NCBI GenBank assembly: GCA_030680605.1
Contig: JAUXUQ010000012.1
Span: forward strand, 22,339-86,338
DNA: 64,000 bases
Source of the DNA: Gammaproteobacteria bacterium
GTDB lineage: Bacteria > Pseudomonadota > Gammaproteobacteria > SURF-13
Direction of reading: 5' to 3'
Shown: in pieces, positions 1-11,381 of the stretch
How the letters are laid out: each line of letters starts with the position of its first letter
Position numbering within the stretch: the stretch's first letter is position 1
The notes under the pieces: model-generated
Database searches by the model: none
Seen by the model: only the letters and a program-made list of their open reading frames with translations
Told to the model about the DNA's origin: nothing
Made by a program: the position numbers and the translations under genes

Positions 1-1125
1 GAATTCCATCGGCGATACCAGCCCAAGATCAGGGTTTTGCCAGCGCAGCAGCGCCTCCACGCCGACGATCCTGCCTGTGGCAAGGTCAATCTGCGGCTGG
101 TAGCGCAGAAACAGCTCGTCACGCTCGAGGGCGTGACAGAGCTTGTTTTCCAGTCTCAGGCGGTGCGAGGCACCGTCATTCATCATGGGGGAGTAGAGCT
201 GAAAGCCGCTCCTCAGCTCTTTGGCGCGGCACATGGCGAGATCGGCGTTTTTCAGCAGTGTCTCGGGGTTGTCGGTGTCCTGGGGGAAGATGCTTATGCC
301 GATGCTGGCGGTAACATTGAGGGTGTGGCCCACAATTTCGAAGGGCTCGGCAAAGGCGTCGCCGAGCTTCTGCGCCAACATGGACACATCGGCCGGATCC
401 ACGACATCGTCGACGATCAAGGCAAACTCGTCCCCGACAAAGCGTGCCACCGTATCGCCCTCACGCACCATGATTGACAGGCGTGCCGCCATCGCTATCA
501 GCAATAAATCGCCGACGGTATGTCCCAGGGTGTCATTGACCCGCTTGAAGCGATCCAGATTCATCAGCAGCATGGCCACCATGTTGTCATGCCGCGGCGC
601 ATGTATCAGCGCCTGCGACAGGCGGTCTATGAACAGCATCCGGTTGGGCAGGTTGGTGAGCGCATCATGCGTCACCATATAATTCATGCGCACTTCTGCG
701 CGCTTGCGCTCAATGGCGTAGCGCAGCGAACGCACCAGCAGCTGGGTGTCCACCTGACCCTTGATCAGATAGTCCTGGGCCCGGCACTGCACGGCCTGCA
801 ACGCGAGTCCTTCGTCGTGCAATCGGCTCAACACCACTATCGGCATATGCGGAACCGCCACCTGCACCTGGGTCAGGGTATCGAGCCCTCTGGAGTCTGG
901 CAGCATCAGGTCCAGCAACACGACATCAAAGTGTTGCTGGGCAAGCCGCTTGAGCGCTTCAGTGAACGAATCAATATGGACGAGGATGAATTTACCGGTA
1001 CGCGCGTCGGCCAGCATCTCGGACACCAGCCTGGCGTCACCGGGGTTGTCTTCCACCAATAAGATATGTATTGGTGTATCCATGCCCGGATCACGCGGCG
1101 TACTCAGCTCATGCGGGTCATGCAT
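1..1125 (-). CDS. REC-GGDEF-EAL c-di-GMP signalling protein (runs off window; not in ORF track)
   Basis: Manual translation from ATG 1125: ILLVEDNPGDA..FDVVLLDLMLPD (receiver), HDALTNLPNR..NLDRFKRVNDTLGH..REGDTVARFVGDEF (GGDEF-like), YQPQIDLATGRIVGVEALLRW (EAL). Confidence 0.9.
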   Translation of the reverse strand, partial: MHDPHELSTPRDPGMDTPIHILLVEDNPGDARLVSEMLADARTGKFILVHIDSFTEALKRLAQQHFDVVLLDLMLPDSRGLDTLTQVQVAVPHMPIVVLSRLHDEGLALQAVQCRAQDYLIKGQVDTQLLVRSLRYAIERKRAEVRMNYMVTHDALTNLPNRMLFIDRLSQALIHAPRHDNMVAMLLMNLDRFKRVNDTLGHTVGDLLLIAMAARLSIMVREGDTVARFVGDEFALIVDDVVDPADVSMLAQKLGDAFAEPFEIVGHTLNVTASIGISIFPQDTDNPETLLKNADLAMCRAKELRSGFQLYSPMMNDGASHRLRLENKLCHALERDELFLRYQPQIDLATGRIVGVEALLRWQNPDLGLVSPMEF

Positions 1126-1136
1126 TGTTTGCTTCC

Positions 1137-2735
1137 CTATTTATCCGGCAGAGTGAAGTAAAAGGTACTCCCTGCCCCCGGCTCCGATTCCACCCATATC
1201 CTTCCCCCAAGACTTTCCACGATCTTCTTGCAAATTGCAAGGCCTATCCCGGTTCCGGTGTATTTGACCTGGCCGGGCAGCCGCTGAAACAGCATGAAAA
1301 TCTGGCCGGTGAACTGCGGGTCTATGCCAATACCGTTATCCCGCACCGAAAACTGCCAGCAGCCCTCTCTGTGCTCGGCGCGGACCTGGATCTTCGGTGG
1401 TTTTTCGGCGCGGCACTTGATGGCGTTGCCGATCAGGTTCTGCAACAACTGCACCAGCTGGGTGTGGTTGGCGTAGAGCGTAGGCAGTGACTTACCCGTT
1501 ACTGTGGCGTTGCTTTCCTGTATGGCAACCTGCAGGTTGCTCACCACCTCATTGAAGACCTTGTTGCAATCCACCTGCTCCAGACTGGCCGGTGCGGAGC
1601 CGACCTGAGAATAGGCCAGGAGCCCGTCTATCATGCGCTGCATGCGCAGCGTGCCATCCATCACAAACTGAATGAATTCATCGGCAGCCGGGTCGAACCT
1701 GCCCTGATAACGCCGTGCCAGCAGCTGGATATAACTCTCCACCATGCGCAGCGGTTCCTGCAGGTCGTGGGCTGCGACGTGGGCCAATTCACTCAGTTTA
1801 TCGTTGGAACTCAGCAACTCCATGGTGCGCTCCCGCACCAGGCGCTCCAGTTCCTCGCCAATCGCGCGCTGACGTTCCTCGGCACGCTTCTCGTCCTCGA
1901 TGTCGGTCGCGCTCCCCAGCCATTTGATAATGCTGCCGTCCTGGTCCCGGAACGGCGTTGCACGCACCACATGCCAGTGATAGGCGCCGTCACTGGGCCT
2001 TTTGAAGCGGTACTCGGCGCCGTAGGCCTGGCCGCTCTGCACCGCCTGGGCCCAGTGCCGCAAACAGTCTTGCAGGTCATCCGGGTGCAGCACCGTTTGC
2101 CAGTGCTTGCCCTGGCTGTATTCACGCGTCAGGGCGGGGTGGTTGTACCAGTAGTGGTTATAGTAATCCAGCGTACCGTCAGGCAGCGCGGTCCACACGA
2201 TCTGGGGCACGGTGGCAACGACAGACGGCTCCCCGCCACCGGTCTTCATCTCCACCGTGGTGCCGCTGACCTGGCTCACGATCAGCCGGCCCAGCGCATG
2301 CAGGGCCTCTCTCTGTTCCAGGTTGAGCCCGCCCCGGATGTGCTCCGCCACGCACAGCGTGCCTATGGCCTCTCCCTTGGGCGTGGTCCACGCCACACCC
2401 GTGTAAAAACGTATGTTGGGCTCGGAGCTTACAAAGCGGTGAGTGGTATAGCGTTCATCCAGAGGCGCGCCGGTGACGACAAAAACACTGGGGGGGTCCG
2501 ACGAAGTGGCACAGAACGATACATCACGCGGGATTTCCGGGCCAGCAGGGCCAGGCTTGGGCGCCTGGCGGTCGGTATTATCCACCAGGCCGATAAAGGA
2601 AATCGGCGTCCGGCAGATGTGCGAGGCCAGCTGGAGGAAGTCTTCGATGACCGCTTCAGGTGCGGTGTCCAGAATGTTGAAGCGCCGCAAGGCGGCCTGC
2701 TGCTCTGCGTCATGGTCGAGTGGCGGCGTTTTCAT
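1137..2735 (-). CDS. GAF-PAS sensor histidine kinase
   Basis: Degenerate GAF, PAS/PAC (VHPDD-like LHPDD, AEYRF), H-box AAHDLQEPLR, N/G boxes NLIGNAIK, DNGIG, GTGIGL. Confidence 0.9.
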   Translation of the reverse strand: MKTPPLDHDAEQQAALRRFNILDTAPEAVIEDFLQLASHICRTPISFIGLVDNTDRQAPKPGPAGPEIPRDVSFCATSSDPPSVFVVTGAPLDERYTTHRFVSSEPNIRFYTGVAWTTPKGEAIGTLCVAEHIRGGLNLEQREALHALGRLIVSQVSGTTVEMKTGGGEPSVVATVPQIVWTALPDGTLDYYNHYWYNHPALTREYSQGKHWQTVLHPDDLQDCLRHWAQAVQSGQAYGAEYRFKRPSDGAYHWHVVRATPFRDQDGSIIKWLGSATDIEDEKRAEERQRAIGEELERLVRERTMELLSSNDKLSELAHVAAHDLQEPLRMVESYIQLLARRYQGRFDPAADEFIQFVMDGTLRMQRMIDGLLAYSQVGSAPASLEQVDCNKVFNEVVSNLQVAIQESNATVTGKSLPTLYANHTQLVQLLQNLIGNAIKCRAEKPPKIQVRAEHREGCWQFSVRDNGIGIDPQFTGQIFMLFQRLPGQVKYTGTGIGLAICKKIVESLGGRIWVESEPGAGSTFYFTLPDK

Positions 2736-3229
2736 TGTGATGTCATATCAACGCCGACAGCCCGGCTTCCGCAGGCGCAACTTCGCACGCCTCTGCTGCC
2801 GTATACGCCCGCGCACAGGGCATATGTGGGAACGAGTGAGACAGTATCCTGTTGCATACATGACTCATTTTGCGTGCATTCATCGGCCTGGATTTCGCTT
2901 ATGAAATACGTATATTTAACAATTATTTAGGAATTAGATATTGTGGAGGCTGCTACTTTAGCGGAGTAACCGGGAAACTCCATTGGACTTTGGTACTAGC
3001 ATTAGTACTAGTAAGATCACAGCGCAACGCCCTGCTCGCGCCAGATTTCTGTAGTGTGCGGTCAGCACCGCCCGCCGTACAGCCAGCCCGCCTGTTCGGC
3101 ACCTTGACCGCAGAGATATGATGTTGTTTTTGCGGGTTTTCAGGGACTTTAGGATTTGCAGGCGCAGCACCCTGCACCTGCTACCGGCCCCACGGCAGCA
3201 TTACCCGGCGCTTGCCCCAAGCCCCTTGC

Positions 3230-4633
3230 TCAACGTTCGCGCAGGGCGTCGTACTTGGCCTTGGTGACGGGCTTCAGCAGATAATTCAGCACCGTCTTGT
3301 TGCCGGTGCGGATGTGAACGGTGGCGACCATCCCGGGCATGATCGGCAAATTTCTCTGGCCATTGCCCAGGTTGTTGGTCTTGGTGCGCACGCGAACCAG
3401 AAAGAAGCTTTCGTCTTTTTCGTCCGTGATGGAGTCGGCGGTAACGTTCTCGACGATGGCATCGAGGCCGCCGTAGATCGAGAAATCGTACGCCGTGAAT
3501 TTGACCGTCGCCTCCTGGCCGGGGTGGATGAAGGCGATGTCCGAGGGCCGGATGCGCGCCTCGATCAGCAGGTTGTCTTCGATCGGGACGATCTCCATCA
3601 CGTCCATGCCCGGCTGGATGATGCCGCCGACCGTGGTAATCTTGATCTGCTTGACGATGCCGTCCATGGGAGAGCGAACGGATGTCCGTTCCAGGCGGTC
3701 AGCCATGGCCACACTGGACGCACGTGTTTGCTCGAACTCGGCCCGCGCCATATTGAGTTCTGCAGAGGAGTCCGATCTGAATTTTGCGATCTGGCCCTCC
3801 ACCTTGGTTCTGGCCTCGGCCAGACTCTGCTCCAGGCGCGGGAGCGCCAGGCGGGTCGCGTCGGTCTCGCCCCTCAGGTCGCTCACCTGCCGCTCCAGCC
3901 GCAGCACTTCCACTTCCGACAGCACGCCCTGCGCAACCAGCGGCTTGCTGATCTCAAGCTCGCGCGAAATCAGCCCCAGGCTTTCCTGCAGCTGTACCAG
4001 GCGCGTGCGTTTCTCCTGCAGCTCCTGACCGCGCTGATTGGCTTGCTGGCGCAGCACGGTGAGCGTGGCTTCCAGCTCACTCTGTCGGTTCAGGTAGAGC
4101 TGCCTTTCCTCTTCGGCGATACCCGGATTGGTAAGAAAAAGCTCTTCAGGCACCTGGAAAGACTTGCCGTCAACCTCTGCGGTAAGCCGGGCGATACGCG
4201 CCAGCAAGGCGTCATACTTGGCCTGGGCCTCACCCATCGACGAAGCGAATCGGGTCTTGTCCAGATTGAGCACGATCTGGCCCTTCTTGACGATGTCACC
4301 CAATCTGACCGGAATACTGGCGACGATGCCCCCCTCGAGATTCTGGATCACCTGCACCTGGGCTGAGGGAATAACCTTGCCTTCGCCGACCGTGATCTCT
4401 TCGAGCCGGGAGAAGCTGGCCCAGATCAGCGCGATCACCAGAAAGACAACAAACCCCCGGATGATCATCGAGGCGTAGCGTGGCGGCCCCTGAAAGACCG
4501 CTGCCGTGCTCTCAGGCATGAGCTCGAGATCGGCCTCCCTGGCCGCCTTTTCCTGCTCATCGGGAAGGATAAAGCGCTTCACCTTTTCCCGCAGTAACGC
4601 ACCCACTGCAGCAAGCCTAGCTCTTGGCGACAT
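3230..4633 (-). CDS. HlyD-family type I secretion membrane fusion protein (LapC-like)
   Basis: TM helix, GEGKVIPS..QVIQNLEGGIV, coiled coil, KFTAYDFSIYGGL, PGMVATVHIRTG; start chosen at ATG 4633 overlapping the ATPase stop. Confidence 0.9.
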   Translation of the reverse strand: MSPRARLAAVGALLREKVKRFILPDEQEKAAREADLELMPESTAAVFQGPPRYASMIIRGFVVFLVIALIWASFSRLEEITVGEGKVIPSAQVQVIQNLEGGIVASIPVRLGDIVKKGQIVLNLDKTRFASSMGEAQAKYDALLARIARLTAEVDGKSFQVPEELFLTNPGIAEEERQLYLNRQSELEATLTVLRQQANQRGQELQEKRTRLVQLQESLGLISRELEISKPLVAQGVLSEVEVLRLERQVSDLRGETDATRLALPRLEQSLAEARTKVEGQIAKFRSDSSAELNMARAEFEQTRASSVAMADRLERTSVRSPMDGIVKQIKITTVGGIIQPGMDVMEIVPIEDNLLIEARIRPSDIAFIHPGQEATVKFTAYDFSIYGGLDAIVENVTADSITDEKDESFFLVRVRTKTNNLGNGQRNLPIMPGMVATVHIRTGNKTVLNYLLKPVTKAKYDALRER

Positions 4634-6800
4634 TGAGCTTCCCTCCGGACAATGCCTCAAGCACCTGCTCCTTGGGCCCGTCGGCAACGATTCTGCCGCC
4701 TTCGACCACAATCAGCCGATCGACCAGCGTCAGCATCGAGGCGCGATGCGTTACCAGAATCAGGGTCTTGTCGGCCAGATGCGGCTTGATCCTCGCCTTG
4801 AAGTTTTCCTCCGACCGGTTGTCCAGTGAGTTGGTGGGCTCGTCCAGCAGCAATATCGTCGGATCCAGCAGTAATGCCCGGGCAATGGCGATGGACTGCC
4901 GCTGTCCGCCCGACAAGCCGTCTCCGCGCTCGCCCACCGGCATGCCAAAACCCTGGGGATGGCGGTTCACGAAATCGGTTACCCCGGCAATTTCCGCTGC
5001 CCGCAACATTGCCTTGTCGTCGACGTAGGGGGCTCCGAGCACGATGTTTTCCTTGACGCTGCCGAAGAACAGCAGTGAGTCCTGAGGCACGTAACCGATA
5101 TTCCGCCGCAGATCGGCGGGATCGATCTGCTGCTGATCAACACCGTCTACCCAGATCGACCCGGAGGCCGGCTGATAGAGTCCGAGAATGAGTTTTTCAA
5201 TGGTGGATTTGCCCGAGCCAATGCGGCCGATGATGCCGACCCGCTCCTTGGGTGCGACCTTGAACGATATTTTGCTCAGGGCCTCTACCGGCTGCCCCGG
5301 ATAGGCGAAGCTGACATTCTGGAATTCGATTGCCCCCTCGAAGCCCGGACGATTGACGAACTGCTTGCCCGGCGGGCGCTCGGTGGGCAGGTTCATGATG
5401 CTGTTCAGACCCTGGAGCGCCGATCTGGCATGGTGGAAACGGGTGGACAGGGCCGCCACCTGGGACAGGGGGGCCAGAATCCGCCCCGCCAACAGCGTGC
5501 AGGCGATAAGACCGCCCAATGACAGTGATTTGTCAGAGATCAGGTAGACACCCACGACGACGACGCCCACGGTTGCGAGTTGCTGCACAAAAACTGACGA
5601 ATTGACGGCGGCGGCGGACAGCAGCCGTGCGGTCAGGCCGAGCTTGGCGATCTGGCCGACGAGCTGTTCCCAGCGCCGTTGCACCGGGCTTTCTGCGGCC
5701 AGTGCCTTGATCGTCTCCAGCCCCCCCAGGTTTTCGATGAGGGCTGATTGGCGCTGGGCGGTTGCCCGGAATGTTTCACCTATGACGCGTGACAAGGGCT
5801 TTTGCAGGAGGAGACTCGGTATCAGAATCAGCGGAATTGCAACCAGCGGCACCAGCACGACGAGGCCTCCCACCCACCAGACGACCAGCAGGAAGAGCAG
5901 GACAAAGGGCAGGTCAATTAACGTCACGATGGTGGCGGAGGTGAGGAATTCACGGAACGACTCAAACTCATGCAGGCTGTTGGCAAACGCACCAACGGAT
6001 TTCGGGCGCGCTTCCATGCGTATGGCAAGCACCTTCTCAAGAATGGTCGCGGAAAGAATGATGTCGACTTTTTTCCCGGCGATATCGACAAAATATCCGC
6101 GCAGGCTGCGCATGAGGAAATCGAAAACAAAGACGATTCCCACGCCGATCGCCAGCACCCAGAGGGTTGAAAAGGTCTGGTTCGGCACCACCCGGTCATA
6201 CACATTCATGACGAACAGCGGCGTAACCAGGGCAAATACGTTGATCAGGAAGGACGCTACCAGAACCTCGGCATAAATCGGCCACGACTGCTTCAGCGTA
6301 TCCCAGAACCAGTGGCCGCCCTGCGGCAGCGGTGATGCGTCGGCACGTTCGTCAAACCTGAAGATCGGCCGGACGAAGATGGCATAACCGGTATAACTGC
6401 TCTCGATCGCCTCCGGATCTATCCTGACCTCGCCGTCACCCGACTCCGGCTGGATGATGCGCAATTGCCCGCCCTCCTCCCGCTCCAGCAGGATGCAGGC
6501 GTCACCGTCCTGCAGCAAGAGCACAGCCGGCAGCGTGAGATTCGAGATTTCCGCAAGCGGTCGCTTGATGATCCGGGCAGAAAGGTTGGCGCGCTGCGCC
6601 GCCCGGATGAAAAGCTCAGGTGTCAGGCGGGACTCTTCCAGCGGCAGTCCGGCCGTCAATGACTGTGCCGAGTGCGGCTGGTGCTGGATACGGGTGAGTA
6701 TGGCCAGGCAGTTCGCCAACGGATCATCGGGAAGGAGCGCCTCTTTAGGGACTGCCCATTCCTTGGTTTCTGGTGCCTTATCCGTATCCGTCGGGGACAT
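4617..6800 (-). CDS. Type I secretion permease/ATPase (LapB/LssB-like, C39-like N-domain)
   Basis: PLFVMNVYDRVVPN, Walker A GRIGSGKST, LSGGQRQ, LLLDEPT. Confidence 0.93.
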   Translation of the reverse strand: MSPTDTDKAPETKEWAVPKEALLPDDPLANCLAILTRIQHQPHSAQSLTAGLPLEESRLTPELFIRAAQRANLSARIIKRPLAEISNLTLPAVLLLQDGDACILLEREEGGQLRIIQPESGDGEVRIDPEAIESSYTGYAIFVRPIFRFDERADASPLPQGGHWFWDTLKQSWPIYAEVLVASFLINVFALVTPLFVMNVYDRVVPNQTFSTLWVLAIGVGIVFVFDFLMRSLRGYFVDIAGKKVDIILSATILEKVLAIRMEARPKSVGAFANSLHEFESFREFLTSATIVTLIDLPFVLLFLLVVWWVGGLVVLVPLVAIPLILIPSLLLQKPLSRVIGETFRATAQRQSALIENLGGLETIKALAAESPVQRRWEQLVGQIAKLGLTARLLSAAAVNSSVFVQQLATVGVVVVGVYLISDKSLSLGGLIACTLLAGRILAPLSQVAALSTRFHHARSALQGLNSIMNLPTERPPGKQFVNRPGFEGAIEFQNVSFAYPGQPVEALSKISFKVAPKERVGIIGRIGSGKSTIEKLILGLYQPASGSIWVDGVDQQQIDPADLRRNIGYVPQDSLLFFGSVKENIVLGAPYVDDKAMLRAAEIAGVTDFVNRHPQGFGMPVGERGDGLSGGQRQSIAIARALLLDPTILLLDEPTNSLDNRSEENFKARIKPHLADKTLILVTHRASMLTLVDRLIVVEGGRIVADGPKEQVLEALSGGKLNVAKS

Positions 6801-7094
6801 CGCGCGCCTTATTATTTACTGTAAATCACAAAACCGTCAGCGGCCTTTAAGGTCATCCCGTGGCAACCCCGTAACCCGGCGCCCAGCTTCCGGCGATCGC
6901 TTTGACTCTGGCATCAGACTACAGCAGATGTCTGGACACCTAGCATACTGGAGTCCGCCGGAAGATCAAGGTCTGGCGACCTGGGCTGTCCGCTCGTCCT
7001 CACGCCAGCGATGCCCAAGCAGTCTCCAACCGTTGACCTGTATGGGTCGTACTCCTGCCGTGCAGGGATGCGCAGGAGTGGCCTCGCTCAGCCG

Positions 7095-8426
7095 CTATAT
7101 TATTTTTTTTACCAGCACCTTTGAATTCCGCTGATAATTGTACAACTGTTGCCGCGCGACCGGCAGGGCCTTGATGTCCGCCGCCATGAAGCCGCGCTCG
7201 ACAAACCAGTGTGCTGTGCGTGTGGTGAGCACCAGCATGCGCTTTATCTTCCGCTGCTTCGCCGCGCGCTCCATATACTCCAGCAGCGCCTCGCCCCGGC
7301 CCGAGTCCTGGTAGTCCGGATGCACCACCAGGCAGGCCAGTTCGCCGCAGCCCTCTTTAACATAGGGATACAGTGCGGCACAGGCAATGATCGCGTTGTC
7401 ACGCTCCATCACCGTAAAATAACCAATCTCGGTCTCCAGCCGTTCACGCGAGCGACGCACCAGCACGCCCTCATCTTCCAGCGGCGAGATCAACTCCAGA
7501 ATACCGCCAACATCGTCGATGGTCGCCGGGCGCGTATTTTCGTAGCTGTCACCCGCTATCAGCGTGCCGCTGCCATCCCGAGTGAACAACTCCAGCAGCA
7601 AGGCGCCGTCCGTGTGGCGGCTGATGAGGTGCACGCGGCGCACGCCCTTATGGCAGGCCTGCACGGCACCGCTGATCAAACGTTTGATGTCAGGTGTCAG
7701 GACGCCTTTGGCGGAAAGCATTTTTTGCGCCTCGGCGAGCTTCAATTGCCGCACCAGACGCTTTTTCACATCCAGCACACCGGCCCCTTCCACCATGTGC
7801 AGCAGTTTGTCGGCGTGCAGTTCGGCAGCAACCGCCGTGGCAACGTCCCCGGCGGAAAGATTGAACACCTCGCCACTGGGCGAATAACCGAGGGGCGAAA
7901 CCAGCACCACAGCCGCATCAGCCAGCGCCTGCTCGATGCCCTGCACATCCACGCGCCGCACTTCGCCCGTGTGTTCGTGATCGACACCGTCACGCACACC
8001 GAGCGGACGTGCAGTGATGAAGTTACCAGAGGCAACGCGGATACGCGCACCCGCCATGGGTGAGTTGGCCAACCCCATGGAGAGCAGCGCTTCAATCTCC
8101 ACCCGCACGCTCCCGACCGCCTCCTTCACACACGCCAGCGCGGAAGCGTCTGTTACCCGCAGACCGTTGGCATAACGCATCCTGATGCCGCGTTCACGCA
8201 GACGCGCCTCAATTTGCGGCCGCGCACCATGCACCAGCACCACCCGTACGCCCAGCGCATTGAGCAGCGCGACGTCGTGAATAAAGTGCGCGAAACTTGC
8301 ATCTGCTACCGCCTCACCTCCAAACGCGATGACGAACGTGCGGCCCCGATGCGCGTTAATGTAGGGCGAGGAATGGCGGAACCAGCCGACAAAGGCCGTG
8401 TTGCTGTTTTTTTCAGAGACAGGCAT
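7095..8426 (-). CDS. argA: Amino-acid N-acetyltransferase
   Basis: WFRHSSPYINAHRGRTFVI, LLLELFTRDG, C-terminal GNAT, YNYQRNSK. Confidence 0.96.
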   Translation of the reverse strand: MPVSEKNSNTAFVGWFRHSSPYINAHRGRTFVIAFGGEAVADASFAHFIHDVALLNALGVRVVLVHGARPQIEARLRERGIRMRYANGLRVTDASALACVKEAVGSVRVEIEALLSMGLANSPMAGARIRVASGNFITARPLGVRDGVDHEHTGEVRRVDVQGIEQALADAAVVLVSPLGYSPSGEVFNLSAGDVATAVAAELHADKLLHMVEGAGVLDVKKRLVRQLKLAEAQKMLSAKGVLTPDIKRLISGAVQACHKGVRRVHLISRHTDGALLLELFTRDGSGTLIAGDSYENTRPATIDDVGGILELISPLEDEGVLVRRSRERLETEIGYFTVMERDNAIIACAALYPYVKEGCGELACLVVHPDYQDSGRGEALLEYMERAAKQRKIKRMLVLTTRTAHWFVERGFMAADIKALPVARQQLYNYQRNSKVLVKKII

Positions 8427-8471
8427 GGCTGACGCCTACTGACAAAGTGACGCGTATTATACGCGACCGGC

Positions 8472-8921
8472 TCACTTTTTCGCGGTCAATTTAAGGGCCG
8501 CCGAGTTGATGCAATACCGCTGTCCCGTCGGTTGTGGGCCATCCGGGAACACATGGCCCAGATGTGCGTCACACACGCTGCACAGCACCTCTGCTGGGCA
8601 GGGAGCCCGAATGTCGCGGGCGCATGGATGCGCAGGAGCGACGGTTCTGCGCATGAAAAAGCCGTTATCTTCCTTCTCCAATACGCTGTCCTCCGCAATC
8701 GGTGCCCAGTAACTGGGCCAGCCGGTGCCGGAATCGAATTTTGTTTCCGCAGCGAACAGCGGATTGCCGCAACAAACACAGTGATACACGCCCGCCTCCT
8801 TGCAGGCATGGTATTCACCGCTGAATGCGCGTTCGGTACCGTGCCGACGTGTCACTTCATATTGCTGCTGCGTGAGCAGCTTTTCCCACTCCTCAGCGGA
8901 TTTGGCTATCTTCTCCCTCAC
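8472..8921 (-). CDS. msrB: Methionine-R-sulfoxide reductase with a 17-aa in-frame repeat insertion
   Basis: GTERAFSG, CxxC x2, KFDSGTGWPS, HLGHVFPDGP, RYCINS; extra VAPAHPCARDIRAPCPA between MRRT and EVLC. Confidence 0.93.
   Translation of the reverse strand: MREKIAKSAEEWEKLLTQQQYEVTRRHGTERAFSGEYHACKEAGVYHCVCCGNPLFAAETKFDSGTGWPSYWAPIAEDSVLEKEDNGFFMRRTVAPAHPCARDIRAPCPAEVLCSVCDAHLGHVFPDGPQPTGQRYCINSAALKLTAKK
8592..8642 (+). repeat. 51-bp GGA-hairpin repeat copy inside msrB
   Basis: tgctgggcagggagcccgaatgtcgcgggcgcatggatgcgcaggagcgac aligns end to end with copies at 11382 and 11477. Confidence 0.9.
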
Positions 8922-8933
8922 ACCACGTTACCT

Positions 8934-10607
<1,674 letters not shown>

Positions 10608-10642
10608 TATTTACTCCATACACATGGGTTGATTGATGACTT

Positions 10643-11344
10643 TCATTTGTTATTCCACAGACACTGGCCGCCACTCGCTGTGGTAATCGCCTGCAGCCGT
10701 TCCTCGTGCGCACTGATCTCCTCGGCCGTGGCACGCAGCACTGGCAACGCGGCACGCTTGCCCGACACGCGCCGCACGGCCTGCGCCTCGGTGCCAAAAT
10801 GGGCCGCATCGCCCAGCAGGCTGGCCTGGCCGCCGGTCATGGCCAGATACACCTCGGCCAGTATCTCCGCATCCAGCAGTGCACCGTGGTGGGTGCGCTG
10901 CGAGTTGTCCACGTTATAGCGTTTGCAGAGGCTGTCGAGATTGTTTTTCTGGCCGGGGTGCAGCGAACGCGCCAGTTGCAGCGTGCAGGCGACGGTGCAG
11001 CAATCCTGTATCTCGCCGTGCTCCGGGCCCAGCAACGACAACTCGCTGTTGAGAAAGCCGACATCAAAGGCCGCATTGTGTATCACCAGCTCAGCATCGC
11101 GCACAAACGCGACAAACTCATCTGCGATATCGCGAAAGCGCGGCTTGCCCGCCAACTGCGCGTCGGTGATGCCGTGTACTTCCATGGCGCCGGGGTCAAT
11201 CGGGCGGTCGGGTTGCAGGTAGTAGTGGAAGGTATTGCCCGTCTTGCGTCGGTTCACCAGTTCCACGCAACCGATCTCGATGATGCGGTGGCCCTGCGCG
11301 TGCTCCAGTCCGGTGGTTTCGGTATCGAGGATGACCTGCCTCAC
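10643..11344 (-). CDS. dnaQ: DNA polymerase III epsilon subunit
   Basis: LDTETTG, HNAAFDVGF, HGALLDAEILAEVYLAMTGGQ. Confidence 0.97.
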   Translation of the reverse strand: MRQVILDTETTGLEHAQGHRIIEIGCVELVNRRKTGNTFHYYLQPDRPIDPGAMEVHGITDAQLAGKPRFRDIADEFVAFVRDAELVIHNAAFDVGFLNSELSLLGPEHGEIQDCCTVACTLQLARSLHPGQKNNLDSLCKRYNVDNSQRTHHGALLDAEILAEVYLAMTGGQASLLGDAAHFGTEAQAVRRVSGKRAALPVLRATAEEISAHEERLQAITTASGGQCLWNNK

Positions 11345-11381
11345 GGGGCACCTCTAAAAACGTCTCTTTTGCTCCAATACA

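Noticed and set aside
1137-2735. Bacteriophytochrome
   Set aside because: The kinase core resembles that family, but there is no PAS-GAF-PHY module or DIP motif.
2900-3015. AT-rich tract with GTACTA-gcat-TAGTAC palindrome
   Set aside because: Probably the kinase promoter region, but too short to assign a regulator.
6801-7046. c-di-GMP riboswitch upstream of the secretion genes
   Set aside because: No GEMM-type motif recognisable by eye; an Rfam search would be needed.
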